A model generated the notes under the pieces. The model saw only the letters and a list, made by a program, of their open reading frames with translations, was not told where the DNA came from and searched no databases. From an uncultured Clostridia bacterium (GTDB taxonomy: Bacteria; Bacillota; Clostridia; TANB77; CAG-508), in contig CAKPIA010000002.1 of NCBI GenBank assembly GCA_934162205.1, forward strand, positions 100,494 to 164,493: a DNA stretch of 64,000 bases, written 5' to 3'. Shown here in pieces: positions 49,181-59,217 of this stretch (the stretch's first letter is position 1; each line of letters starts with the position of its first letter). A program made the position numbers and the translations under genes.

Positions 49181-50599
49181 ATGAATATAGGAATAGATAT
49201 AGATAATGTTATTTCAAATTTTAATGAGGAATTATTAAAAGAATATATAGAGCATGATAAGAAAGTAAGAAATACAGGTATCATTAATAAAAATGCTAAG
49301 TATATTAGAAATGGTATGTTTAACTGGTCAGAAACAGAAGAAAAAACATTTTATAAAAATAATATAGAAAGAATTGCCAAAAAATTAAAAGTTATTAAAG
49401 GAGCAAAAGAATATATAGATAAGTTGCATGAAGATGGTCATTTAATTTATATAATTACAGGAAGAGATAATGGAGATTATACAAATCCTGAAAAAATGAC
49501 AAAAGAGTGGCTTAAAGATAATGATATTTATTGTGATAATTTAATATTAACAGATGCATCTGATAAACATGCTAAAACTGAAAAATGTATAGAACATCAT
49601 ATTGATATTATGATCGAGGATTCAGTTCGTATATGTAGCGATTGCATTAAAAGTGGAATAAATACGCTTTTAATGGATACACCATATAATAAATATGAAA
49701 AAAATATGACTAGAGTCAATAATTGGGAAGAAATATATAAGTATATTTCAAATTATAAAATAAATGTAATATTAGATACAGACACATATAATGAATGTGA
49801 TGACCAATTTGCATTGGCATATATGTTAAAAAATCAGAATTTATTTAATATAGAAGCCATTACAGTTGCACCATATTCTCATAAAACAAGAAATGTATCA
49901 GTAAAAGATGGGCAAGAATTAAGTTATAATGAAATATTAAAAATATGTAATTGGTTAGATTTCAATACAGATAATAAAGTTTTTAGAGGTTCAATGGACT
50001 ATATTCAAAATGGTTATAATGATGATAATGAAGCTGTTAATAAAATTATTGAAGTAGCACAAAAAAATGATAAAACTTACATTATTGCAATTGGAGCAAT
50101 TACTAATGTTGCACTTGCTATAAAAAAACAACCTAAAATAATTGATAAAATAGAAATTGTATGGTTAGGGGGAAATGATCTGAATTATAAAGACAACTTG
50201 GAATATAATTTTAGACAAGATATTGAGGCTGTTAAAATAGTATTGAATTCAAAAGCTAAACTTACTATATTACCTTGTAAAAATGTAGTCTCTGAATTAA
50301 GAATAGATATAAATACACTAAAAGAAAATATAGGTAACAAGTCAGAACTTTGTAATTACTTAATTGATAGATTTTATATTGATGGATATCATGGAATACA
50401 AGAAGAAAGAGTAATATGGGATATATCTTGTATCGCTTATATAATAAATAAGGATTGGTTTGAATTTAAGCAAATAAGTTGTCCTAATATTAGAGAAGAT
50501 ACTTCTTATGAACTTACTGAAAATAAACATAATATAACTTTTGTTACAAAAGTAGATAAAGACAAAATATATAAAGATTTATTCAGAAAGTTGGGGTAA
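49181..50599 (+). CDS. Fusion: HAD-type 5'(3')-deoxyribonucleotidase (NT5C-like) N-terminal domain plus inosine-uridine-preferring nucleoside hydrolase C-terminal domain
   Basis: RBS GGGAGGA, ATG at 49181. N-terminal DIDNV (DxDxV HAD motif I); C-terminal domain starts DTDTYNECDDQFALAY (IUNH aspartate cluster). Confidence 0.65.
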   Translation: MNIGIDIDNVISNFNEELLKEYIEHDKKVRNTGIINKNAKYIRNGMFNWSETEEKTFYKNNIERIAKKLKVIKGAKEYIDKLHEDGHLIYIITGRDNGDYTNPEKMTKEWLKDNDIYCDNLILTDASDKHAKTEKCIEHHIDIMIEDSVRICSDCIKSGINTLLMDTPYNKYEKNMTRVNNWEEIYKYISNYKINVILDTDTYNECDDQFALAYMLKNQNLFNIEAITVAPYSHKTRNVSVKDGQELSYNEILKICNWLDFNTDNKVFRGSMDYIQNGYNDDNEAVNKIIEVAQKNDKTYIIAIGAITNVALAIKKQPKIIDKIEIVWLGGNDLNYKDNLEYNFRQDIEAVKIVLNSKAKLTILPCKNVVSELRIDINTLKENIGNKSELCNYLIDRFYIDGYHGIQEERVIWDISCIAYIINKDWFEFKQISCPNIREDTSYELTENKHNITFVTKVDKDKIYKDLFRKLG

Positions 50600-50636
50600 T
50601 ATATGGAATTATATGTAGTTAGATATGGGGAAATAA

Positions 50637-51830
50637 ATGGAAAAAAATAATAGAAAATATATAGCGATAATTGAATTTTTAAGAAAATTTATGAGTGTAT
50701 TCTTTTCTTTGTTTTTCAATATATATATATTAAAAATTGTAAACAATGATATGAATTTTATTCTAAAGTATACTGTATACTCAGTAATTCTAGGATTTGT
50801 ATTAGAATATGTGTTATTAAAAATAATAAATTCAAAAAATGCTAGTTTTATTTATAGAATGAGTTTTATATTAAGTGTATTAAGTATAATAATTTTGATT
50901 ATATTTAAAGAAAATATTGTAAATTATATATTATTATTTAAAACTTTAGATACAATGAGGTTACTATTTTATTCAGTACCATATGAACTTATTATAATAG
51001 GATCAAATAGCAATAAATCAATGAGTAGTTACTTGGCGAATTTAAACATATTAGGGAATATTACAGCTATATTAACACCTATATTTTCTGGATTTGTAAT
51101 AGAAAAATTTTCATATAATATTTTATTTATTATATTGGCAATAGAAACAATATTAATAATATTAGTATCTTTAAAAATTAAGGATTTTACAGTACAAGAT
51201 AATAAAATGGATTTAAAAGAATACTGGAAAATCGCAAAAGATAAGCAACATATAAAAGATATATATAATTGTATGTTTTTTAGAAGAATATCAGCACAAG
51301 GTGCAATGACAGAATTATTACCAATTGTTTTATTTTTGAGACTTGGTACAGAATTTAGTTTTGGAAGTTATAATACAGTATTTGCATTAATTTCAATCAT
51401 TTCATTGCAAATACTAAAAATAATAAATAGTAAAAATATAAACAAAAGATTTTATCCATATATGGCAATAGCAATTTTTATATCATCTTTATTTGTTGTA
51501 TTTAATACAAGTTTTATAGCATTGTTAATTTATTATATATTAATGAACTCATTTGGAACAATAATTGAATCTGAGTCATGTAGCTTGGTATATTCAGCAA
51601 TTAAAGTAGATAATTTAGAAAAATACAGAAAAGAGCATATAATGATGTTTAATATTTATATGTTTTTAGGACAACTAATAAGTTATAGTTTGGTATTTAT
51701 TTTGTATAATTATTTCTACAATGTAAATATATTATCAATAACAATTGCTATTTTAATGTTTTTCTTAATAATAGCTACAATTTATTTAAGAAAAACAGAA
51801 GATTATATGTATAAATGTATGAAAAGATAG
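50637..51830 (+). CDS. Polytopic membrane protein (about 12 TM; transporter-like)
   Basis: Hydrophobicity pattern only. Confidence 0.45.
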   Translation: MEKNNRKYIAIIEFLRKFMSVFFSLFFNIYILKIVNNDMNFILKYTVYSVILGFVLEYVLLKIINSKNASFIYRMSFILSVLSIIILIIFKENIVNYILLFKTLDTMRLLFYSVPYELIIIGSNSNKSMSSYLANLNILGNITAILTPIFSGFVIEKFSYNILFIILAIETILIILVSLKIKDFTVQDNKMDLKEYWKIAKDKQHIKDIYNCMFFRRISAQGAMTELLPIVLFLRLGTEFSFGSYNTVFALISIISLQILKIINSKNINKRFYPYMAIAIFISSLFVVFNTSFIALLIYYILMNSFGTIIESESCSLVYSAIKVDNLEKYRKEHIMMFNIYMFLGQLISYSLVFILYNYFYNVNILSITIAILMFFLIIATIYLRKTEDYMYKCMKR

Positions 51831-51863
51831 AATTTGATATAATAAAAATATAGGGAGAAAAAT

Positions 51864-52472
51864 ATGAAGTTAACAAGTGAAGAAGCAAAAAAATTATTAG
51901 AAATTGAAAGAAAAAGAGCAAAAGATAATAGATGGATTGATCACTGCTTAGCTGTTGGAAATAATGCTGGAAGACTTGCAAAGGCATTAAAAGAAAAAGG
52001 TATGGACATTGATGTAGATAAAACAATAACTCTTGGTTATTTACATGATATTGGTAAATATAATGGAGAATCACATGGTCATGTTATGAGAGGGTATGAA
52101 TATTTAAAAGAAAAGGGATATGATGATGAGTTCTGTAATATATGTCTAACACATTCATACTTAAATAATGATATTGTATGTACTGCTGGAGGAGTGCCAA
52201 ATCCAGAAGATAATCCATTTTTAACTAATTTTATAAAAACGCATGAATATACAATAGAAGAAAAATTAATTAATTTGTTTGATTTAATGTGTCCACAAAG
52301 TAGTAAGGTATTTACTGTAGATAAAAGATTAATTGATATAATGATTAGAAGAGGAGCTTATTCTAATACACAATATCATGTAAAAGAAACATATAAATTA
52401 AAAGAATATTTTGATAATCTACTAGGATTTGATTTATATGATTTATTTCCAGAAATAAAGGAAAATTTATAA
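51864..52472 (+). CDS. HD-domain phosphohydrolase
   Basis: H...HDIGKY motif; 202 aa. Confidence 0.65.
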   Translation: MKLTSEEAKKLLEIERKRAKDNRWIDHCLAVGNNAGRLAKALKEKGMDIDVDKTITLGYLHDIGKYNGESHGHVMRGYEYLKEKGYDDEFCNICLTHSYLNNDIVCTAGGVPNPEDNPFLTNFIKTHEYTIEEKLINLFDLMCPQSSKVFTVDKRLIDIMIRRGAYSNTQYHVKETYKLKEYFDNLLGFDLYDLFPEIKENL

Positions 52473-52554
52473 TTATTGTAAATTTAATTTTATAATGTTT
52501 TAAATATATAACAAAAGAGACTGAAAATAAACAGTCTCTTTTGCCGTTAATGAA

Positions 52555-52926
52555 TTACTTCATATTTCCGGTGGCTATAGCAAGTCTTCTTTTTGCTATT
52601 TCTTTTTCTTTTTCATTTAGTTCTCGACCAAGTTTTGGACAGTATAAAGGTTTTTCCATATTTGTCCATTCGCTAGGTCTTTCAAGAGAACCAGCTATTA
52701 CTCCGTTAATTTCAAGGCATATTGCCTTCATGTCCCCATCTCTGAAATCATCAAATGGATCTGGATCTGGAAGTAATCTAAATGAATTACATTGATCACA
52801 ATACTCACAGTTACCATTGTTGCTTTGAGTGGAATAATCAATTTCTCCATTATTTCCAATTACAACAACATCAAGACCTGCATTTTCAAATTCCCGAATT
52901 TCTTGAAGTTTTTTTTCATCTAACAT
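52555..52926 (-). CDS. Hypothetical Cys-rich protein (CxxCxxC ... C)
   Basis: RBS AAGGAGGG. CEYCDQC ... YCPKLG. Better supported than the overlapping plus-strand ORF (52541-52795). Confidence 0.5.
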   Translation of the reverse strand: MLDEKKLQEIREFENAGLDVVVIGNNGEIDYSTQSNNGNCEYCDQCNSFRLLPDPDPFDDFRDGDMKAICLEINGVIAGSLERPSEWTNMEKPLYCPKLGRELNEKEKEIAKRRLAIATGNMK

Positions 52927-53129
52927 AATAGCCCTCCTTAAAATAAATATTTTACTAAGTTGTTTAAAAATTAAAGAAAAAAGGATTTAAAGCAACTAGA
53001 ATAATATTATTATATCATAATTACATAATATTCTCAATGAAAATTTAATCTGAATATTTATACATAAAAAGAGGTAATAGATTTTAGTAACTATTACCTC
53101 TTTTTATGTATAAATTGCCGAGAACTTTT

Positions 53130-53354
53130 TTAGAATGTAGTTACTTGAAAGCCTTCCATTTTCAAGTAGCTAAGAAAAGTATCTATGTTATTGGGATTTC
53201 CAATTAACTTTAGTTTATAATAGTCCTTAAAACAGCCAATTTTCTGATTAAGAATATTACATTTAATTTTACATTCATCAGATTTATGAATGTAAGTAAA
53301 TGATGGCCATGTCAGTTTGGACCGATTTACGGCAACTTCTACAAATTTTTCCAT
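53130..53354 (-). CDS. Hypothetical small protein
   Basis: RBS AGGAGGATTATTT. Its leader contains two overlapping hairpins. Confidence 0.4.
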   Translation of the reverse strand: MEKFVEVAVNRSKLTWPSFTYIHKSDECKIKCNILNQKIGCFKDYYKLKLIGNPNNIDTFLSYLKMEGFQVTTF

Positions 53355-53684
53355 AATAAATAATCCTCCTATTTTAACAATATTTATCGAGGACTATTAG
53401 TGCCCTCGAAATTGTTCGAGAGCAAAAAACTCTTAATGATAATGAGTGTAACATAAAATTCGTTTTTTGTCAATCTGCATCGTAACAGATTATGTTGAAT
53501 TTAATGATAAGATACTTAAAATATCATATTTTAAATAAACATATTTCTAAACAAAAAAATAACTGAAACACAATTGCATAAACGATGAACATTAAATTTA
53601 TCTATATTTTTTCAAGAGGAGTATGGAAAAGACTTGTAATATAATGTATAATAAAATAGAATTTTAGCCGAAAGGAAAATTAAA

Positions 53685-54902
53685 ATGAAAACTAAATTAG
53701 ACAGAAGTGCAAAATCGTTAATGGCATGTGATCTAACTAATGATATTATAAACTTATTTGGTGAAACTTTTTTAATAGCATATTTTTTACAAATTTCTAA
53801 TGAAAATATAATACAAGTTTCAACATTTTATATAATTTTATATCTACTATTAGGTGTTGGAAGTATTTTATTAGGTAATATAATTAAGAGCAAACCTAAA
53901 AAAAGAGTTTCAGTTTATCGATTTGGTATTATAATCAAATCGATTTATATATTATTAATAGTATTACTTAAAGACAAAATAAGTAAATATTTTATAATTT
54001 TTGCAATCTTTTATGGTATTGCCGAAGCTTTATACTGGTCAACACATGATGTAATGAATACACAAATAGTTGATAATGAAAATAGAAAAAAATATATGAC
54101 AACAAAAAGAATTTTAAGTAAGTTTATAAATATATTAGTTCCTATAATATTAGGAACATCTATAGAATTAACATCTTTTGGGAATATAGCAATATATATA
54201 TTTGTATTAACTTTATTCCAAATAATGATGTCATTACAAATAGATACTAATAAATTTGTTATTGAGGATAAAATTGAAAAGTATAATTTAAAGAATTATA
54301 TAACAGATTTATCTATCAAACAAAAAGAAAATATAAACAAAATTTATAAATTAGCTTTTTTATATGGAATTATGATGGATACAATACGAGTATTAGTAGT
54401 TGTTATAACAATTATGACTTTTAAAACTTCTTTTAATTTAGGAATGTTAACAACTATATTCTCTATTTTTTCTATGATATCACTATATTTATTTAATAAA
54501 TTGTATCAAAAGAAACATGCAAAAAAATTATTGAGTTTTTGTGCTACATTATCGGTATTAGGAGTATTAGGTTTAATATTAAATATAAATCAAACAACAT
54601 TAATAATTTATAATTTTACATATAGCATAACTGTATATGTTTTAGAAGTCATGTTTAAAATTAAAGCAGATGATGCAGTTAAAGAAAATAATATAGAAAA
54701 ATGGTTAGTGGAATATCATACTTTTATAGGAGGATTTATGGAAATAGGAAGAATAACAGGATTTATACTAATGCTATTGGTAGGTATGTTAAATAATGTT
54801 ATATACTTTAAGTTATTATTATTGATAGTTACTATTTCTATACCTGTATATGCTAGAATAATGTACAAACTGGAAAAATCATTAGTAAAAGACAATGCTT
54901 AG
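53685..54902 (+). CDS. Polytopic membrane protein (transporter-like)
   Basis: RBS GAAAGGAAAA; 10-12 TM helices. Confidence 0.45.
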   Translation: MKTKLDRSAKSLMACDLTNDIINLFGETFLIAYFLQISNENIIQVSTFYIILYLLLGVGSILLGNIIKSKPKKRVSVYRFGIIIKSIYILLIVLLKDKISKYFIIFAIFYGIAEALYWSTHDVMNTQIVDNENRKKYMTTKRILSKFINILVPIILGTSIELTSFGNIAIYIFVLTLFQIMMSLQIDTNKFVIEDKIEKYNLKNYITDLSIKQKENINKIYKLAFLYGIMMDTIRVLVVVITIMTFKTSFNLGMLTTIFSIFSMISLYLFNKLYQKKHAKKLLSFCATLSVLGVLGLILNINQTTLIIYNFTYSITVYVLEVMFKIKADDAVKENNIEKWLVEYHTFIGGFMEIGRITGFILMLLVGMLNNVIYFKLLLLIVTISIPVYARIMYKLEKSLVKDNA

Positions 54903-55176
54903 TATGCATTGTCTTTATTATTTAAAGCAGTATCATTTCTTGGTTACTAAAATATTCAATAAGTTGATTTTATAGGGAGAGGTTAAAAGATAGCTTACTA
55001 AGTACAAGGTTCTTTTTTTATAAACCTTGTATAAATTTTCAAGGAAGTATGGGAATTTTTTAGATATTATTGTATAATGATGTAAGTTATTACTTGTATA
55101 TAACATGAGGTGATAGTAATATGAATTTAAATAGAAAACCAATTATTGGTATAGTTTCAAAACATTTATTAAAAAA

Positions 55177-55963
55177 ATGAAACAAAGATTTAATAAAAAT
55201 ATTTTTAACAATTTGATTAATATACAAGATGTAACAAACAATGTAAGCATGTTGTCAAAAACTTTACCAAGTCTAAATATTGATAGTATATTCATTGAAC
55301 AAGATGGAAAAACTACAAAGAAGAACAATTGCATGAATTAAGAAGTTGTGCTAAAATATTAGTTGCTATGGCCATTGGAATAGCAATTGATAAAAAATTA
55401 TCAATATCAAGTGAAACATTAACTTTAAATACTAAAATTTTTCCAGTAATTAAAGATGTAACAAATATAACAAATAAAAATAATATTAAGAAGATTAAAG
55501 AATGGACAATAAAGGATTTACTCACGCATACTACTGGTTATGAAGCACGAATGATGTCAGAAAGATTTATACAAGATATTGACGATAACAAATTAGTAGA
55601 TTATGCTTTAAATTATGATATTCCATATGAAGTAGGAGTTAGATTTGCTTATAACAATGTAGAACCATTTATATTATCTGTTTTTTTCAAGAAGCGTTTA
55701 ATCAAAATTTGGCAGATTTCATTGATGAAAATATATTTAAAAAAGTTAACATTTTAGATTATAAATGGGAAAAATATGGTAAATATTGTCCAGGAGCTAC
55801 TGGATTATATCTTAAACATTCTGATTTTCATAAGATAGGTCAATTATTACTAAATGAAGGAAAATATAACAACAATCAAATTGTTTCAAGTAGCTGGATA
55901 AAAGAAATGTGTTCTATAAAATTAAAAACAATACGTTTCACAAGATATGTTAGCAGATTTTAA
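55177..55963 (+). pseudogene. Serine hydrolase of the beta-lactamase/PBP (class C-like) family, decayed: three frames and internally shortened
   Basis: N-terminal fragment in frame 1 (55177-55341). SxxK motif SCAK plus ...LTHTTGY... in frame 0 (55329-55757). C-terminal YCPGATGLYLK...LLNEGKYNN... in frame 2 (55709-55963). Total length is far below an intact homologue. Confidence 0.7.
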
Positions 55964-56234
55964 AGCAGAATTTGGATTAACAGAATTTAAGGTTTGTGAA
56001 TTAGGTGGTAATTTAGTTTTACCAGAGTATAGAGGAAATGGAATTACTACTAAATTACAAACTATGGAATTACAATTAGCAAAAAATTTAGGATTTGATT
56101 ATATAATTTCTATGGCTCATCCAGATAATATTGGTAGTTGTAAAACTCTTGAAAGAGTTGGATTAAAATTTGTAAAAGAAACAACTTTATCAAATGGATT
56201 TTTAAGAAAATTATATATGTTAAAATTGAAATAG
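55947..56234 (+). pseudogene. GNAT acetyltransferase, 5'-truncated remnant
   Basis: Only the C-terminal ~95 aa remain, including motif A region EYRGNGITTKL. Overlaps the preceding pseudogene. Confidence 0.55.
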
Positions 56235-56244
56235 TTATATAACA

Positions 56245-56275
56245 ATAGGACAATGTTAGTTGCATTGTCCTATTG
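56245..56275 (+). terminator. Perfect 15-bp inverted repeat hairpin
   Basis: aacaataggacaatg-ttagttg-cattgtcctattgtt. Confidence 0.55.
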
Positions 56276-56281
56276 TTATAT

Positions 56282-56334
56282 AAAATAAAAACTTACGAAC
56301 TTTTCAGTTCGTAAGTTTATTTTAATTGGAGCGG
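56282..56334. repeat. Left imperfect direct repeat (att-like) ending in the tRNA-Gly 3' octamer tggagcgg
   Basis: aaaataaaaacttacgaact (21/21 identical to 61980-62000), then similar sequence, ending in tggagcgg, which equals the 3' end CCGCTCCA of tRNA-Gly(TCC) on the minus strand. Confidence 0.65.
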
Positions 56335-56473
56335 TTAAGCAACATCTTACGAACCATAACACTCTCTTTCTAAAAATATTATATACGAATTACAATTAAA
56401 TTTCAATGGGAGTATGGAGAATTTTGTTATTTTATAGTATAATATTCATAATTAAAATTCTTGGAGGTACTAT

Positions 56474-57031
56474 ATGAGCAAATTTAAAACAATGGTTAGA
56501 AAAGATATTGAACTTTGTGATGAATATATTGCTAAGAATATGGCTACTCATTCAGAAGTTAATGCTTTATTAGGAAAATATGTAATGGATTATCCTGATT
56601 TTAATAAAAATATTATTGCATATGCTAGTGTTCCAGGGCATGAAACTAATGAAATAGAAAATATTAAAATAATAAAATCGAAGTTAGAATATTTGTTAAA
56701 TCGAAGTGATAATCCTGATTTATATAATAAGCAGAATAATTCTGGTATCACCATATCTAATGTAAATAATAACAATAATACAAATAATGTTAATCTTAAT
56801 ATAAGTATTGAAGATATAAAATCAAATATTGATGAAAATACATATCTAAGTGATTTGGATAAAAAGGAATTATTAGGCAAATTAGATGAAATAATAGAAT
56901 TACAAAAAAGCAAAGAAAGTAAGACTAAAAAATGGGATAAAGCAAAAAAAATTTTAGCATTTTTACTTGATAAGGGTGCAGATATTGCAATTATGTATAT
57001 TCCACAAATATTAAAAGCTTTAGGCAATTAA
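56474..57031 (+). CDS. Hypothetical protein; first gene of the islet cargo operon
   Basis: RBS GGAGGT. No recognisable domain; central poly-Asn stretch. Confidence 0.5.
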   Translation: MSKFKTMVRKDIELCDEYIAKNMATHSEVNALLGKYVMDYPDFNKNIIAYASVPGHETNEIENIKIIKSKLEYLLNRSDNPDLYNKQNNSGITISNVNNNNNTNNVNLNISIEDIKSNIDENTYLSDLDKKELLGKLDEIIELQKSKESKTKKWDKAKKILAFLLDKGADIAIMYIPQILKALGN

Positions 57032-57047
57032 TTTAAAGGAGGAAATT

Positions 57048-57851
57048 ATGGATAAAATTATAATGTTAGGTACAGGTAATGGTGGAACAATTGATTTATA
57101 CAATACCTGTTTTGTAATTAAAAATGAAAATGGCAATTTCTTAATTGATACAGGTGGAAGTATTGAAATCATAAAAAGACTAAATCAAGTAGATATAGAT
57201 TATAAATCAATACGTCATATTTTTATATCTCATAGTCATACTGACCACATATTAGGTATATTCTGGCTATTTAAAAGAATAAGTAGAAATGTTATGCACG
57301 GTGATATAAAAGAAAAAATAAATTTGTATTGTAATGATACAGTATATGAATCTATTAAAGAAGTAGCAAAGTATATACTTCCGGAAAAACTTATGAATGC
57401 CATATATAGTATTGTAGATTTTAAGGTGTTAAATGATGGAGATAAATATAATATTAACGGAATAGATTATACTTTCTTTGATATTCAAGCAAAAGGAACA
57501 AAACAATTTGGATTTGAATGTAGTTTAAATGATAAAAGATTAGCATTTCTTGGAGATGAAACTTTAAATCCAAATCTTTATGATAGAATTAAAGGTTTTG
57601 ATTATGTTATGCACGAGGCTTTTTGTTTAGATTCAGAAGAAAATATATTCCATGCCTATGAAAAAAATCATTCAACAACAAAAAGTGTTAGTGAAGTAAT
57701 GAATACATTAGAGGTTAAAAATTTAATTTTATATCATACCGAAGAATCTCATAAAGAAAAAAGAAAAGAATTATACACAAAAGAAGCACAAGAATTTTTT
57801 AATGGTAATGTAATAGTACCAAATGATTTAGAAATTATAGAAATAAATTAG
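57048..57851 (+). CDS. Metallo-beta-lactamase-fold hydrolase (RNase Z/BN-like short form)
   Basis: RBS AGGAGG, 16 bp after the previous stop. HxHxDH motif HSHTDH and N-terminal LGTGNGG. Confidence 0.7.
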   Translation: MDKIIMLGTGNGGTIDLYNTCFVIKNENGNFLIDTGGSIEIIKRLNQVDIDYKSIRHIFISHSHTDHILGIFWLFKRISRNVMHGDIKEKINLYCNDTVYESIKEVAKYILPEKLMNAIYSIVDFKVLNDGDKYNINGIDYTFFDIQAKGTKQFGFECSLNDKRLAFLGDETLNPNLYDRIKGFDYVMHEAFCLDSEENIFHAYEKNHSTTKSVSEVMNTLEVKNLILYHTEESHKEKRKELYTKEAQEFFNGNVIVPNDLEIIEIN

Positions 57852-57869
57852 AAAGAGAGTGAATTATAT

Positions 57870-58301
57870 ATGGGAATAGTAATTGTTGGTGGAGTAATTG
57901 AAAAAGATGGTAAATTTCTTTTAGTTCAAGAGGCACAAGAAAAATGCAGAGGTAAATGGAATATACCGGCAGGGCATTTAGATCCAAATGAAACAATTTT
58001 TGATGGAGCTAAAAGAGAAATTAAAGAAGAAACAGGATGCAATGTTGAATTAACAGGTGTCCTACAAATAGGTAATCGAGTGTTAGAAGATGATGTATTT
58101 GTAAGTGTGATATTTTCAACTAAATTATTAGACGAAAATATTACATACAACCCTAATGAAATACTAGATGTTAAATGGTTCACTTATGAAGAATTGCTTA
58201 ATATGAAGGATGAATTAAGGTCATATAATTGGATTATTAACAGCATAACTGCTTTGATTGAAAACAAAGTCGCAGATATTGATTTGGTAAAAATGATGTA
58301 A
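57870..58301 (+). CDS. NUDIX hydrolase
   Basis: Nudix box GHLDPNETIFDGAKREIKEETG (G-x5-E-x7-REuxEExG). Confidence 0.8.
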   Translation: MGIVIVGGVIEKDGKFLLVQEAQEKCRGKWNIPAGHLDPNETIFDGAKREIKEETGCNVELTGVLQIGNRVLEDDVFVSVIFSTKLLDENITYNPNEILDVKWFTYEELLNMKDELRSYNWIINSITALIENKVADIDLVKMM

Positions 58302-58320
58302 TCAATGGAGTATATAATAA

Positions 58321-59217
58321 ATGAATAATAATTATAATCTATTAAGAAGCAAAGATATAATTGCAATATTAGATGGAGATTTTCAAATAGAAGAAGTTGA
58401 TGGTATAAGAATTGCTATGCCATATTTAAGCGGACCAATGCTTTGTGAACTTTCCCAAAAATTTGGATACTATCAGGAATATTACTGGGGAAATAGTTCT
58501 AAACCAAATTTGAGTAGATGGCAGTATATGGATAATATTTTGGAATATGTTATTAAAGAAAATAAGACAAGCCAACTTTTGTCATATATGATGGAGAAAG
58601 AAAGATTTTCGGATAGTTTGAGAAACCTAAATAATGTAAATGATATAGAAAAAATGTATAAATATATTATAAAAAAAGTTATAGATCAAATTAATTCTAT
58701 ATTGTATTTTGGTGGGCACGAATTAGTTATAATTAATAATCAATATATCATCAAGAATATCGATGAGAAAATTAATATCGATGTTCCGAATATAAATATT
58801 GTTGATAGAGATTATATTAAAGATTTATCTGAACGTGCAATGAAAGATATAGATGAAGGAAATTTAGATAGTGCCATTACAAAATCAAGAACCATTTTAG
58901 AAGAAACTTTTTGTTACGCTATTGAAATTAAAGGAGAAGAACCTTCTGATAGTGGTGATATTGGGAAGTTATATAAACAAGTAAAAGACTTGTATAATAT
59001 GCATGCAAATAAAGATATGGATAAAAGAGTTAATAAGTTATTATCTGGGCTTGAAAATATTGTTCAGTCAATTGCTGAAATGAGAAACAATGGAAGTGAT
59101 TCGCATGGTCTTGGAAATAAGCGAGTAAATATTTCAGACTACCATGCTAGATTAGCTGTAAATTCTTCTACCACTATGGCTGAATTTATTCTCTCTGTAT
59201 CTCAGAATTCAAAATAA
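58321..59217 (+). CDS. AbiJ-like abortive-infection-type protein with C-terminal HEPN (Abi_C-like) domain
   Basis: C-terminal EMRNNGSDSHGLGN contains an Rx6H HEPN-type motif, followed by a hydrophobic helix LAVNSSTTMAEFIL. 19 bp after the NUDIX gene. Confidence 0.5.
   Translation: MNNNYNLLRSKDIIAILDGDFQIEEVDGIRIAMPYLSGPMLCELSQKFGYYQEYYWGNSSKPNLSRWQYMDNILEYVIKENKTSQLLSYMMEKERFSDSLRNLNNVNDIEKMYKYIIKKVIDQINSILYFGGHELVIINNQYIIKNIDEKINIDVPNINIVDRDYIKDLSERAMKDIDEGNLDSAITKSRTILEETFCYAIEIKGEEPSDSGDIGKLYKQVKDLYNMHANKDMDKRVNKLLSGLENIVQSIAEMRNNGSDSHGLGNKRVNISDYHARLAVNSSTTMAEFILSVSQNSK

Noticed and set aside
52541-52795. 84-aa plus-strand ORF overlapping 52555-52926 (-)
   Set aside because: The minus-strand frame has a consensus RBS (AAGGAGGG) and a more protein-like, Cys-motif-containing product.
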